NCBI GenBank assembly: GCA_041694815.1
Contig: JBGFSC010000049.1
Span: 49,281-113,280 of the forward strand
Source: Elusimicrobiota bacterium
GTDB lineage: Bacteria; Elusimicrobiota; Elusimicrobia; UBA1565; JACRDR01
Reading direction: 5' to 3'
Length of the DNA: 64,000 nt
The notes below the pieces were generated by a model. It worked only from the letters and a program-made list of their open reading frames with translations. It was not told where the DNA came from and searched no databases. Shown one piece after another: positions 19,171-28,937 of this stretch. Each line of letters opens with the position of its first letter. Position 1 is the first letter of the stretch. Both the position numbers and the translations under genes were made by a program.

Positions 19171-19898
19171 CGGCGATCCAGCCAGCGTCCGAGGGCGGCT
19201 CCCAGTTTCTTGCCGACGCCCGCGCCCCCAGCTACGAGAAACGTAGATCCGAATATTAATCCGGTCATGGGACCGAGCAGGGCATACGCCAAACCGATAC
19301 GATTTCCGTTGGAAGCAATCCGATTTAACAATAAGTGACTTACCCAGGCCGCGCTTGCGGCCGCAAGTAAAACTCCTATAGGTGGGAATTCAAGATATAA
19401 GGCTCCCGCTACCGCAAGGGCGGCGCTCAAGCTCATGTTCAATTTAGATTGGCTCGAGAGCACAATCCTAACGAAGCCGGCGGCAAACCCGCTCCATGCC
19501 AGGACCCCCGCCAATGTTAGAAAGCTCGGGACGTTAGCGAGCAGGAAAAGGGTGGGGGCGAGGGCCGCGCCAGCCCCAAGGGTCGCGACTATTTTTCCCC
19601 AACGCCCTTCCTCCTTAGGCCATTCCCTACGGCGTGTGGGCAAGGAGGGTTGGGGAATGGCGGCACGACCCGTCGCGATGATCACCGGGAGCGTATTGGC
19701 CGTTGCGAGCGCCGCCGACACGGCTGTAAGCTCCTCCCCGGCGCTCTTAGCCGCAGTAGCGCTCTGGCCGGCCGCAGAAGCCCCTGGAACCCCTTCGCCA
19801 AATGAACGGCCGGATTCGGCTTTATCCTGCTCGTGGGACGCGCGCGCGGGATGCGCGGTGGCGGCCGCAAGGAGCAAGGCGATAAGCGCTGGACGCAT
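19167..19898 (-). CDS. Exported multi-TM membrane protein, paralog 1
   Basis: aagga RBS; PSLPTRRREWPKEEGRW and GRWLDRR motifs. Confidence 0.75.
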   Translation of the reverse strand: MRPALIALLLAAATAHPARASHEQDKAESGRSFGEGVPGASAAGQSATAAKSAGEELTAVSAALATANTLPVIIATGRAAIPQPSLPTRRREWPKEEGRWGKIVATLGAGAALAPTLFLLANVPSFLTLAGVLAWSGFAAGFVRIVLSSQSKLNMSLSAALAVAGALYLEFPPIGVLLAAASAAWVSHLLLNRIASNGNRIGLAYALLGPMTGLIFGSTFLVAGGAGVGKKLGAALGRWLDRR

Positions 19899-19998
19899 GG
19901 TTTCCTTAAAGAGTGGCACGCGTCACGCGCAAGCACCTGAGGCATAGGGCCTATGGGAACACGGACAATAGACCTAAGGTGGGGTGGGACTTTAGGGC

Positions 19999-20436
19999 TT
20001 AGCGCCCTATGTCCTCGTTCCAGAGCTCGGGCTTCTCGGCGATGAGGCGGCGCATCAGTGCGATGCAGTCGGCGTCCTGCAGCTCGACGAGCTCGACGCC
20101 GTGGCCGGCCAGGAAATTCTTGGCGCCGGCAAAGGTGGTCGACTCCCCCGCCACCACCTTCGGGATGCCGAACTGAACGACCGCGCCGGCGCAGAGGTAG
20201 CAGGGCATCAGCGTCGAATAGAGGACGGTATCGGCGTAGGCGCCGATGCGTCCGGCCTGGCGCAGGCAGTCGATCTCGGCGTGCGCCATGGGGTCGCCCT
20301 GCTGCACCCGCCGGTTATGCCCGCGGCCTATGATCTTTCCCTCGCGGACAAGAACCGAGCCGATGGGGATGCCCCCTTCCTCCCAACCCCGCCGTGCCTC
20401 CTCGAGGGCCGCTTCCAGGAAGGGGTCGCGCTTCAT
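19999..20436 (-). CDS. Zn-dependent nucleoside/cytosine deaminase
   Basis: HAE and PCYLC motifs, WNEDIG terminus. Confidence 0.92.
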   Translation of the reverse strand: MKRDPFLEAALEEARRGWEEGGIPIGSVLVREGKIIGRGHNRRVQQGDPMAHAEIDCLRQAGRIGAYADTVLYSTLMPCYLCAGAVVQFGIPKVVAGESTTFAGAKNFLAGHGVELVELQDADCIALMRRLIAEKPELWNEDIGR

Positions 20437-20951
20437 GCCTGGATCAGCTCGGCGCCGTCCTGCCAGGCGGCCAGCACGATCTGCGCGCAGGCCTCGGCGT
20501 CGGAGAGGGGCTCGTGATGATTGAGCTTTACGCCCAGGTAGCGGCTGACGTGCGCGAGGGTCGTCGGCCGCAGATTCCAGACCCGCCGAGCCAGCTGGAC
20601 CGTGCACAGAAATCGCGCGCGCGGGGGCCTAAGTCCCGCCGCCCGGCAGCAGGCTTCCAGCACGTTGCGGTCGAAGGAGGCGTTATGCGCCGCGATGAAA
20701 TCGACGCCATGGAGGGTCTCGAGCAGCTCGGGATAGATCTCGCGGAAGCTCGGCTCGCTCTGCACATGCCTCCATTCGATGCCGTGGATATGCGTAAACA
20801 GCATGCTCGGCCGCGGCGGCCGGATTAGCCGCCGGTGGCGGCGCACGATGCGCCCGTCGACCGAGCGGACGGCTCCCACGGCGCAGGCGCTGTCGGGGAA
20901 GGTGTCGGCCGTCTCGAAGTCGAGGGCGACGAAGGTGGGGGCTAGGCGCAT
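20433..20951 (-). CDS. DEDDh 3'-5' exonuclease
   Basis: ALDFET, AHNASFD and HH..LSDA motifs. Confidence 0.92.
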   Translation of the reverse strand: MRLAPTFVALDFETADTFPDSACAVGAVRSVDGRIVRRHRRLIRPPRPSMLFTHIHGIEWRHVQSEPSFREIYPELLETLHGVDFIAAHNASFDRNVLEACCRAAGLRPPRARFLCTVQLARRVWNLRPTTLAHVSRYLGVKLNHHEPLSDAEACAQIVLAAWQDGAELIQA

Positions 20952-21385
20952 CAGCGCAGCATTGCTTCTTTAAGCAGGGCCGGCAGGCGCTGCGCGAATT
21001 CCTTGTCGGACGGAAACATCTCTTCGGTGGGGATCTTGTCGACATCGGCCCAGAAAAGATCGAGGACGTCGTCGCCGTTGCCGCCGCGGCGCAGTTCTCC
21101 GGCACCGCGCTCCACGAGCCAAAAGAGGCTGACGATCTGCATCGGGAAATGGCTCGAGACGTGCAGGCCCTCGCTGGCGTAGAGCACGCGCACGGGCCGT
21201 ATCTCGATGCCCGTCTCCTCGGCGTATTCGCGCCGCAGGGCCTCCAGGGGCGACTCGCCCAGCTCGACCCCCCCGCCGGGGAAATTGACGAATTCCTTGT
21301 CGATGAAGCGGCTGCGGGTCAACAATACCCTCTCGCCGTCCTGCAGGACTCCGTAGATCCGGCAACTGAATCGCTCCGGACGCAT
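20951..21385 (-). CDS. NUDIX hydrolase
   Basis: PGGGVELGESPLEALRREYAEETGI NUDIX box. Confidence 0.92.
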   Translation of the reverse strand: MRPERFSCRIYGVLQDGERVLLTRSRFIDKEFVNFPGGGVELGESPLEALRREYAEETGIEIRPVRVLYASEGLHVSSHFPMQIVSLFWLVERGAGELRRGGNGDDVLDLFWADVDKIPTEEMFPSDKEFAQRLPALLKEAMLR

Positions 21386-21495
21386 GCGCCAAGCGTAGCA
21401 GGTTTTTTCGGCCTTGCCAATGGAACCACAGGACCTACGGGCCTCTGGGCCCTTTGCCTCAGGCAAACCGCTGTTCCGGGGTCCAAAATGTAGGA

Positions 21496-22470
21496 ATGAG
21501 ATGTCTATTTGGCTGGCTATTCCTCACGACGGTTGGCGTCTGGGCCCAAGGCGGTTTGCTGACCGAGATGCGAACGGCGATGAGCCAAACCCAAGACTTC
21601 ATGCTCAACAGCGGATGGGTGAGCTGCCTCGCCTTTAGTCCTGACGGATCTAAAATCGTGACGGTGCAATGGGAATCCCGCAAGGCTCAGGCTTGGGACG
21701 CTCTTACGGGCCGCCGGCTCCAAACCTTCGTCTTGCCCGGTCTCGTCGGAGCGGATTTCAGCCCGGACGGCTCGAAAGTATTGGTCATTGATGTCAATAA
21801 CACCGCCATCCTTTGGGATGCACGCACTTTTAAGAAACTTCTGACCCTGGGAGAGGGTCGGCATGATTTTTCATCAGGGTCCTTTAGCTACGACGGTTCA
21901 AAAATAATTACCACCCACTCCGGCACGCTTCCGGAAGCCGTCATTTGGGACGTCTCCACGGGCAAGAGCGTGACAAGGCTTCGCGGACATTATGGCGTCA
22001 TCATGGACGCGCACTTTAATCCCGACGGCACTCGCGTCGTCACGGCCAGCAACGATGGGACCTCCCTTATCTGGGACACGGTCACCGGGGAACCGTTGAA
22101 AGCCATGCGTCATCCGAGTGCGGTGCTTTCGGCCGCTTTCAATCATGACGGGACAAGGGTAATCACACTGTCGAATGACATGGTTCTTGTCTTCGATCCC
22201 GAAACAAAGGAAATCTTCCAAACCCTGGATGTTTCCGTAGATTCCCGGAATCCTTACGACAGAGCCCTCTATGCGGCGCTTAACCGGAAGGGAAATCCGG
22301 TCACGGTGAACCATTACGGCCTGGTCCGCACCTGGAGAAACCCGAAACAAATAAAGGCGATTGAACGACGGTATTTATCGCGAAGGGCGGAACATCCGAA
22401 ACCAACCAGAAACGAGTTGGCGGAGGATCGGTTTAAACTCAATTTCTTTTTGCAGACCCTTTCCCAATAA
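21496..22470 (+). CDS. Exported WD40 repeat protein
   Basis: Signal peptide, FSPDGSK..WD repeats, C-terminal AEDRFKL. Confidence 0.88.
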   Translation: MRCLFGWLFLTTVGVWAQGGLLTEMRTAMSQTQDFMLNSGWVSCLAFSPDGSKIVTVQWESRKAQAWDALTGRRLQTFVLPGLVGADFSPDGSKVLVIDVNNTAILWDARTFKKLLTLGEGRHDFSSGSFSYDGSKIITTHSGTLPEAVIWDVSTGKSVTRLRGHYGVIMDAHFNPDGTRVVTASNDGTSLIWDTVTGEPLKAMRHPSAVLSAAFNHDGTRVITLSNDMVLVFDPETKEIFQTLDVSVDSRNPYDRALYAALNRKGNPVTVNHYGLVRTWRNPKQIKAIERRYLSRRAEHPKPTRNELAEDRFKLNFFLQTLSQ

Positions 22471-22473
22471 CGC

Positions 22474-23433
22474 ATGCCCCTCTTTTTCTATTTTTTATCG
22501 CTGTTCGCCTGCAACGCCGCCGCCGGATTGCTGAGCGATATGAAAGCGGAACTCCAAAAGCCGCTCAAAACCCTCGATCTCGGCGTGCGATGGGTCAGTG
22601 AAATGACTTTCAGCCCCGACGGCTCGAAAATCATCGCCCTGTATTGGGACACGAGAAGGGCTGAATTGCGCGACGCGCTCACGGGCGAGCTGCTGCAGGC
22701 CTTCGTCTCCGCTGAAGAATTTAGGCAGGCCGCCTTCAGCCCCGACGGCTCTAAGATCCTGACGATCGGCTTCGATAAGACGGCGACCCTTTGGAACGCG
22801 CGAAACGGCTCCCGGGTCATGCGTTTGGGCGGAGACCGAAAGGATTTCGAGTTTGCGTCGTTTAGCCGAGACGGGCTCAAGATCGTCACGAGCAACTATC
22901 ATACGAGAGGTGACGCGATCATCTGGGACGCGTCGACGGGCAAGAAGCTCACGCTGCTGAGGGGTCATCTCGGGGCCGTCCTGGCGGCGCAATTTAGCCC
23001 GGACGCCTCGCGTGTGGTCACGGCCAGCTGGGACAGCACCACCATCGTCTGGAACGCGCTAACGGGTAAGCGTCCCTCCCGGTGCATGCGTCATCCCGGC
23101 CCGGTTTTTTCGGCCGCATTCAGCCCCGACGGCAAGAAGGTGATTACCGTATCGGACGACCGCGACACCGTCGCGATCTTCGACGTGAAAACCGAAAAAG
23201 TCCTACAAATAATCAAACTTCCTTCCCAGGCGACCTACGCTTCGTTTACCTCGGATGGGAAAAATGCCATCACGGGCGGCCATGACGGCCGCATCCACAC
23301 ATGGAGAAACCCGGAGCAAATAGAGGCGCTCCAAAAAAAGCGGCTTCTCTCCGACAAGGCCTCGAGGCCCAGGCCGCTGGCAGGCCGGGAACTCGCCGAG
23401 GACAGGTTTCGATTCGACCTCATCCAGTTCTGA
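22474..23433 (+). CDS. Exported WD40 repeat protein (tandem paralog of the previous gene)
   Basis: Same layout including GLL..M, TWRNP.QI.A and ELAEDRF. Confidence 0.88.
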   Translation: MPLFFYFLSLFACNAAAGLLSDMKAELQKPLKTLDLGVRWVSEMTFSPDGSKIIALYWDTRRAELRDALTGELLQAFVSAEEFRQAAFSPDGSKILTIGFDKTATLWNARNGSRVMRLGGDRKDFEFASFSRDGLKIVTSNYHTRGDAIIWDASTGKKLTLLRGHLGAVLAAQFSPDASRVVTASWDSTTIVWNALTGKRPSRCMRHPGPVFSAAFSPDGKKVITVSDDRDTVAIFDVKTEKVLQIIKLPSQATYASFTSDGKNAITGGHDGRIHTWRNPEQIEALQKKRLLSDKASRPRPLAGRELAEDRFRFDLIQF

Positions 23434-23549
23434 TTTCAGGACCGAAAGGCCCAACCGGCCCTAGGCCCAATGACGCCACGTGCGTAGGCCTCTCGGCTCA
23501 GGCGCGGCCAAGCCCGAGCCCGTATAATGGAAACGGTAGGAGGAGGAAC

Positions 23550-24137
23550 ATGAAAAAGTTATCGGATCTTGCCGTATTAGCCGCCTTAATATTGTCCTTG
23601 ACGCTTCCCGCGAGCGCCAGAGCCGAAGAGGGCTTCGCCGGAGCGCCCGAGGAACAGTCGGCCAACGCCCGACAACCATTCGACGGAAGCGCCGCCGGCA
23701 ATTCTGCCCCCGCAGCCGGGGTATCCGCTGGCGCTCCCGGCGCCAAAGACGCCGCTGTAGGCATCAAGAAAGCCGAAGGGAAGATCGTGAAGAAAACGGC
23801 GGTACCTGCCCCCGCGAGTTCGGAAGGCGAGCCTCTCAGCACCGGCACGAAGGCCATGGTCGCATTCGGAACGCTTGCTGGAACCATGGCCGGCGCGGTG
23901 TTGCTCCTTCTTAATCCTTTGCTATTTGGTGGGATGGTTCTCGGGGGCATAGGAGCGGGGGTTCTTACCGCCATTAATAAAAACGACCCCCTGGAAAGCA
24001 AGAAGTTGAATCTGCTTGAACTCGGTTGGCATGCCATATTCGGCGCCATGGGGGGCGTCTCCGCCTTTACCTCCGCTGGCGCGCTCGCCGGACGGATGGT
24101 CGGAAGGGGCCTGGAAAAGCTGTTTGCGAAGAAATAA
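23550..24137 (+). CDS. Hypothetical exported protein with Gly-zipper TM helices
   Basis: TATAAT at 23523, aggaggagga RBS, signal peptide, PFDG, Ala/Pro linker, Gly-rich helices. Confidence 0.75.
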   Translation: MKKLSDLAVLAALILSLTLPASARAEEGFAGAPEEQSANARQPFDGSAAGNSAPAAGVSAGAPGAKDAAVGIKKAEGKIVKKTAVPAPASSEGEPLSTGTKAMVAFGTLAGTMAGAVLLLLNPLLFGGMVLGGIGAGVLTAINKNDPLESKKLNLLELGWHAIFGAMGGVSAFTSAGALAGRMVGRGLEKLFAKK

Positions 24138-24150
24138 GGATTGGAGGGAT

Positions 24151-24179
24151 ATAACCCCGGCGACAAACGCCGGGGTTAT
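24151..24179. terminator. Hairpin terminator between convergent genes
   Basis: ataaccccggcg-acaaa-cgccggggttat followed by ttctt. Confidence 0.75.
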
Positions 24180-24817
24180 TTCTTGTAGGCCAAGGTCAGC
24201 CCGTCGCGCACGGTGAGCATCACCGACTCGACGCGGCGGTCTCCCTGCACGTGATCGCCGAAGGCGGCCAAGGCTTTGTCGCTTTCTTCCTTAGGGTGCA
24301 GCACCCCGCCCCCCCAGAGCACGTTGTCGGCCACCAGCAGGCCGCCCTTGCGCACCTTGGGCATGCAGGCTTCCCAGTAGCGGATATAATTGAGCTTGTC
24401 GGCGTCGATGAATACCATGTCGAAGGGCCCGCGCAGCTTCTTGAGCGTCTCGGCCGCCGGCCCCAGCTTGAGCTCGATCTTGCTGCCATGCGGGCTGCGC
24501 GCCCAAAAACGCCTGGCGATGGCGGTGGCCTTGGGGTCGATGTCGCAGGTGACCAGCTTGCCCGACGGCGGCAAGGCCTCGGCCATGACCAGGGCGCTGT
24601 AGCCTGTGAAGGTCCCGATCTCGAGCACCCGCTTGGCGCGCGTCAGGCGCACCAGCAGGCGCAGGAAGGCGCCCTCGAGCCGTCCCACCTGCATCTGGGG
24701 CAATTCGGTCGAGGCGTAGGTCTCGCGCACGAGCTCCTGGAGCAGCGGAGACTCGGCCGCGCTGTGCTCGACGGCATATTGCTCGATCGCCTCGGGGACT
24801 AGGGCCAGCATCGCCAC
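24176..24817 (-). CDS. Class I SAM-dependent O-methyltransferase (caffeoyl-CoA OMT-like)
   Basis: LEIGTFTGYS, FIDADK, DNVLW and RDGL motifs. Confidence 0.93.
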   Translation of the reverse strand: MAMLALVPEAIEQYAVEHSAAESPLLQELVRETYASTELPQMQVGRLEGAFLRLLVRLTRAKRVLEIGTFTGYSALVMAEALPPSGKLVTCDIDPKATAIARRFWARSPHGSKIELKLGPAAETLKKLRGPFDMVFIDADKLNYIRYWEACMPKVRKGGLLVADNVLWGGGVLHPKEESDKALAAFGDHVQGDRRVESVMLTVRDGLTLAYKK

Positions 24818-24900
24818 ACATTACCAATCTCGAGCGCCTTCAAGCAAACGTCGCATGTCTTGGACTAGGGCTTCATCTTCACCCGTTACAATGACGCTCC

Positions 24901-25545
24901 ATGGCCGCGGCGGCTCTCGCCGTTCTGCTGCCCCTACTCCTTGCCGCAACCTCGGAGGCCGGGCCGCGCCGCGCCCGCAAGCCGCCCAGCCAGTCCATCG
25001 GCCTGCCCTATGAGGGCAGGCTGCGCCACCCGGCCGCGTTGCCGCCCTCCGGGCTCGGCTTCGAGCTTTCCCCGCGATGCCGGCACCGATTCGGCACCGA
25101 CGACCTGGTGGCCGGCCTCAAGGAATTGGCGCAGGCCTTAAAGCGGAACGATCCCGCGAGCGCCCCGCTTAAGATCTGCGCCCTCTCGGCCCCGTGGGGA
25201 GGCCCGCTGGAGGAGCATCGTTCCCATCAGAACGGACGCGACGCCGATCTCGCCTTCTTCTGGCGCGACGACGGGCGCCTCGACGTCGAGCGCAATTGGG
25301 CCCTGGTCCGCGCGCTGCTAGAGAGCCCGCGGCTGGGAGGGCGCATCGCCTATCTCTTCGTGCGCAGGGAGATACGGGCGGTTCTGCTGCGGCACGGCGC
25401 GGCCCGAGGTGAAAGCCCGACATTGCTCAATCGCGCCGCGGCCGCGCTTAAGCCCCCCTCCGAGCCCGTGGGCGGCCACGACGATCATTTCCATCTGCGA
25501 ATAGCCTGCTCCAAGCTAGAGAAGCGGCTCGGGTGCCGGGATTAG
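24901..25545 (+). CDS. Penicillin-insensitive murein endopeptidase (MepA-like)
   Basis: HRSHQNGRDADL and HDDHFHLRI.C motifs; signal peptide. Confidence 0.85.
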   Translation: MAAAALAVLLPLLLAATSEAGPRRARKPPSQSIGLPYEGRLRHPAALPPSGLGFELSPRCRHRFGTDDLVAGLKELAQALKRNDPASAPLKICALSAPWGGPLEEHRSHQNGRDADLAFFWRDDGRLDVERNWALVRALLESPRLGGRIAYLFVRREIRAVLLRHGAARGESPTLLNRAAAALKPPSEPVGGHDDHFHLRIACSKLEKRLGCRD

Positions 25546-25577
25546 CGCGAGCGCGGAATACTCGCGAGAAACCTCGA

Positions 25578-25646
25578 ACTTCGTCGCGCGAAGCGCGACG
25601 AAGTCCGGCGCCGACACACCGGTCGGCGCCGCGTCCGTTGTTTTTT
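25578..25646 (+). terminator. Tandem hairpins with T-tract
   Basis: acttcgtcgcgc-gaa-gcgcgacgaagt, then cggcgccgac-N6-gtcggcgccg, then ttgtttttt. Confidence 0.6.
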
Positions 25647-25662
25647 GCCGTAGTACGGCAGG

Positions 25663-28600
25663 CTAGACGGCGTACCCCACGGCCTCGAGCAGGGCCGGCA
25701 TCTCCTGAAGGGCGATCGAGATCCATTCGGGGCGGCGGTTGAGCTCGAAATTTAATTCCTCGACCGCCTTCTCCCCCAGGAAGGCGCCTAAGAGAAGATC
25801 GAACTCCTCGAGGGTCTCGGGCATGAAGGGCGCTCCCTTAATATCAGCCAGATATCCTTGCAGGAACGCGCCGCAGACCCAGCGCCGCCAATAGCGGCTC
25901 CAGGGCAGCAGCGCGCCGCGATCCTCCGGCCGCAGCGCCACGCCGGGCGCGCGCCCGGCCAGTGCCGAGGCGGCGGCGTAGTGGAAGGAGCGCAGCATCG
26001 CCGCGACATCCTTGAGCGGCGACTGCTTAGAGCGTCGGTCGCTGAAGCCCGTGATGATGAAATCCTTACCCGTATAGAGCACGTGCCCCAAATGGTAATC
26101 CCCATGGCAACGGATGCGGCGCCCCGTGAGCTTGCGGTCCATCACCGCCCTGAAGCGCTTGAGGGCCTCCTCCTCCAGGGCGATGACCCGCTCGGCGTCG
26201 GCGCGCACCGGATCGTTTAAGTGCCGGAGGCTGCGGCGCAGCACCTGCGAGACCTGTCGCGTCATCGTCCGCATCGACTGGTAGGTCTCGCGCCGGTCGA
26301 GCGCCGAGAAGGGTTCGGCGACAAAGGCAGGCCCGTCGCCCGATGCCAAGGCGCGGTGCAACTGCGCGCTGCGTGAGCCCAAGAGCCGCGCCTCCTCGAG
26401 AAAGGGGCCGATGAGGTCCACCGCTTGGGCGGAAAACTCCTGGGTGGCCAGGCGCAGCACCGTCCCGTCGGAGGAGGGGGCGGCGGCCGGAGCACCCGGC
26501 GAACGCAGGGTCAGCACGCGCTCGAAATAGCGGCCCAGGGAATCCAAGGCGTGCTCCCAGGCGCTGCGAGGGGCCGGGACGAAGGCGTAGAGCGCTCCCA
26601 AGGGAAGCCGTGCGCCCCGATGCGGCCGGTATTCCAGGGTGCCTAAAACGGGGCGTATATGGGCGAAGCCTTTTTGGGCCAAATAACGCGTGACATCCGC
26701 CTCGGCGTCCGCCCCCGGCTCGGGGTTCGCGTAGAGCTTGAGCAGGTAGCGGTCCTTGAATACGAACCGGGAACCCTTGGTGCCGACGCGCGCCGCCGGC
26801 TCCAAGGAGGCGTCCTCAGGGCGCCAATGCCCGGCGAAGGCCTGCTCGCCGGCGGCCTCCGCGCGCCCCCATTCGCCGGCGAACTCGGGACCGACCGCGA
26901 AGGATTTAAGCAGCGAGACCGCGAATTCCGGCTGGGCCGAGGCATCGCAGAGCCAACCCTCGCCCTTCGCCGTCTTGAGCGGGGCGATAAATAATTGGGA
27001 CTGCTCCGGGCGCGCCTCGGCGCGGCCCGGAGCGCAAAAGCCGATCGGCAACAACAGCGGCTCGCGCCTGCCGTCCGGATGGCGCAATTCCAACAACAAG
27101 AGCGCCGAATGCGCGCTCACCCTCAACACCTCGACGATGCGGACCGACAACTCTTGGCGGCCCGGCAGCCGGCCGCTTTCCGACAAGTAGGCCGCCAGGG
27201 TCTCCTCCAGGGCCGAGCGCTCGGGCTGCTCGAAAACGGCGTCCCACTCGCCCGCCGTCTCGAGCGCCGGCAGGGGGGGCCTGGCCTCCGCCGCGGCGGC
27301 CGCGGGCACGAGGGAGAACCAGTGGAAGGAGTGCGGCCCCAGGGTCAAGGGATACGGCCGCTCCGAGGCGGCCGGCAGCTGCGTGCGGCCGAACATCTCC
27401 CTTAAGGCGCGGCCCGCGAAGGCCGATAGGTCCAGCTCGACGTACTGCGTCAGGCGCGAGAGATTGGCCACGACGAGCAGGTCCTGGCCCTCATGCCGGC
27501 GCAGGAAGGCCAGTATCTTAGGGTTATCGGGAGCGAGCATCTCCAGGGTTCCGCGGCCGAAGGCGCCGGCGAAGCGCTTGCGCAGGGCGATCAAGCGCTT
27601 CATCCACCAGAGCAGCGACTGGGCGTTGTTCTGCTGGACCTCCACGTTGAGCGCCTCGTAATGGTACTCCGGATCGATGACGACGGGCAGGTAAAGACGC
27701 TGCGAGTTGGCCTTGGAGAAGCCGGCGTTGCGGTCCGCGTTCCACTGCATGGGGGTACGCACGCCGTTACGGTCCCCCAGGTACATGTTGTCCCCCATGC
27801 CGATTTCGTCGCCGTAGTAGAGCACGGGCGTCCCCGGCAGCGAGAACAGCAGGCCCATCATCAGTTCGATGCGGCGTCGATCGTTGCCCAACAGCGGCGC
27901 CAGACGCCGCCGGATGCCCAGATTGAGCCGGGCCTGCGGGTCCTGGGCGTAGAAGCGGTACATGTAGTCCCGCTCCACGTCGGTAACCATCTCGAGCGTC
28001 AATTCGTCGTGGTTGCGCAAGAAGAGCATCCATTGCCCGGCCTCCGGCAAGGAGGGGGTCTGCTCGAGTATGTCGACGACGGGAAAACGGTCCTCGGTAA
28101 GCAGGGCAGTGAACAGGCGAGGCATGAGCGGGAAGTGGAAGGCGGCGTGGCATTCGTCCCCGGCGCCGGAGCCGAAATAGGCGGCGGCGTCCTCCGGCCA
28201 TTGGTTGGCCTCGGCCAGGAGCATGCGCTGGCCATATTTCTCGTCGACGTGCTTGCGCAGCGTCTTGAGGAAGGCGTGCGTTTCCGGAAGGTTCTCGCAG
28301 TTGCTACCCTCGCGCTCGTAGAGGTACGGCACGGCGTCCAAGCGCAGGCCGTCGACCCCCATGCCTAGCCAGAAATCCACGATGCCCCGCATCGCCTCCC
28401 GGACCTGGGGGTTGTCGAAATTGAGGTCCGGCTGGTGGCTGTAGAATCGGTGCCAGAAATAGGCCTTGGCTACCGGGTCCCAGGTCCAGTTGGACGGCTC
28501 GAAATCCTTGAAGATGATGCGGGCCTCACGGTATTTCTCCGGAGTATCGCTCCATACGTAGAAGTCCCGCCACGGGCTGCCGGGCGCGGCGCGGCGCGAG

Positions 28601-28935
28601 CGCTGGAACCAGGGGTGCTGGTCCGAGGTATGGTTGAGCACGAGCTCCGTGACGACGCGCAGTCCCCGCCGATGGGCCGCCTCCAGAAACCTCTTGAAAT
28701 CGTCGAGCGTGCCGTAGAACGGGTGCACGCCCATGTAATCGGCGATGTCGTAGCCATCGTCGCGCAGGGGCGAGGGATAGAAGGGAAGCAGCCAGAGAGC
28801 CGTGACGCCCAAATCCTTGAGGTAGTCGAGCTTGGAGGCGAGCCCAGGGAAATCCCCGATCCCGTCGCCGTCGGAGTCGGAGAAGGAGCGCACGTGCAGC
28901 TCGTAGAGGACCGCGTCCTTGTACCAATGCGCCAT
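25663..28935 (-). CDS. treS: Trehalose synthase fused to a maltokinase-like domain
   Basis: WYKDAV, RLDAVPYL, AEANQWPED and FLRNHDELTLE motifs; C-terminal RCHGDYHLGHVL kinase-like motif. Confidence 0.95.
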   Translation of the reverse strand: MAHWYKDAVLYELHVRSFSDSDGDGIGDFPGLASKLDYLKDLGVTALWLLPFYPSPLRDDGYDIADYMGVHPFYGTLDDFKRFLEAAHRRGLRVVTELVLNHTSDQHPWFQRSRRAAPGSPWRDFYVWSDTPEKYREARIIFKDFEPSNWTWDPVAKAYFWHRFYSHQPDLNFDNPQVREAMRGIVDFWLGMGVDGLRLDAVPYLYEREGSNCENLPETHAFLKTLRKHVDEKYGQRMLLAEANQWPEDAAAYFGSGAGDECHAAFHFPLMPRLFTALLTEDRFPVVDILEQTPSLPEAGQWMLFLRNHDELTLEMVTDVERDYMYRFYAQDPQARLNLGIRRRLAPLLGNDRRRIELMMGLLFSLPGTPVLYYGDEIGMGDNMYLGDRNGVRTPMQWNADRNAGFSKANSQRLYLPVVIDPEYHYEALNVEVQQNNAQSLLWWMKRLIALRKRFAGAFGRGTLEMLAPDNPKILAFLRRHEGQDLLVVANLSRLTQYVELDLSAFAGRALREMFGRTQLPAASERPYPLTLGPHSFHWFSLVPAAAAAEARPPLPALETAGEWDAVFEQPERSALEETLAAYLSESGRLPGRQELSVRIVEVLRVSAHSALLLLELRHPDGRREPLLLPIGFCAPGRAEARPEQSQLFIAPLKTAKGEGWLCDASAQPEFAVSLLKSFAVGPEFAGEWGRAEAAGEQAFAGHWRPEDASLEPAARVGTKGSRFVFKDRYLLKLYANPEPGADAEADVTRYLAQKGFAHIRPVLGTLEYRPHRGARLPLGALYAFVPAPRSAWEHALDSLGRYFERVLTLRSPGAPAAAPSSDGTVLRLATQEFSAQAVDLIGPFLEEARLLGSRSAQLHRALASGDGPAFVAEPFSALDRRETYQSMRTMTRQVSQVLRRSLRHLNDPVRADAERVIALEEEALKRFRAVMDRKLTGRRIRCHGDYHLGHVLYTGKDFIITGFSDRRSKQSPLKDVAAMLRSFHYAAASALAGRAPGVALRPEDRGALLPWSRYWRRWVCGAFLQGYLADIKGAPFMPETLEEFDLLLGAFLGEKAVEELNFELNRRPEWISIALQEMPALLEAVGYAV

Positions 28936-28937
28936 AA

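Noticed and set aside
19999..21385. NUDIX-exonuclease-deaminase trio as an anti-phage system
   Set aside because: All three look like ordinary nucleotide housekeeping families with host-like codon use and no defence context.
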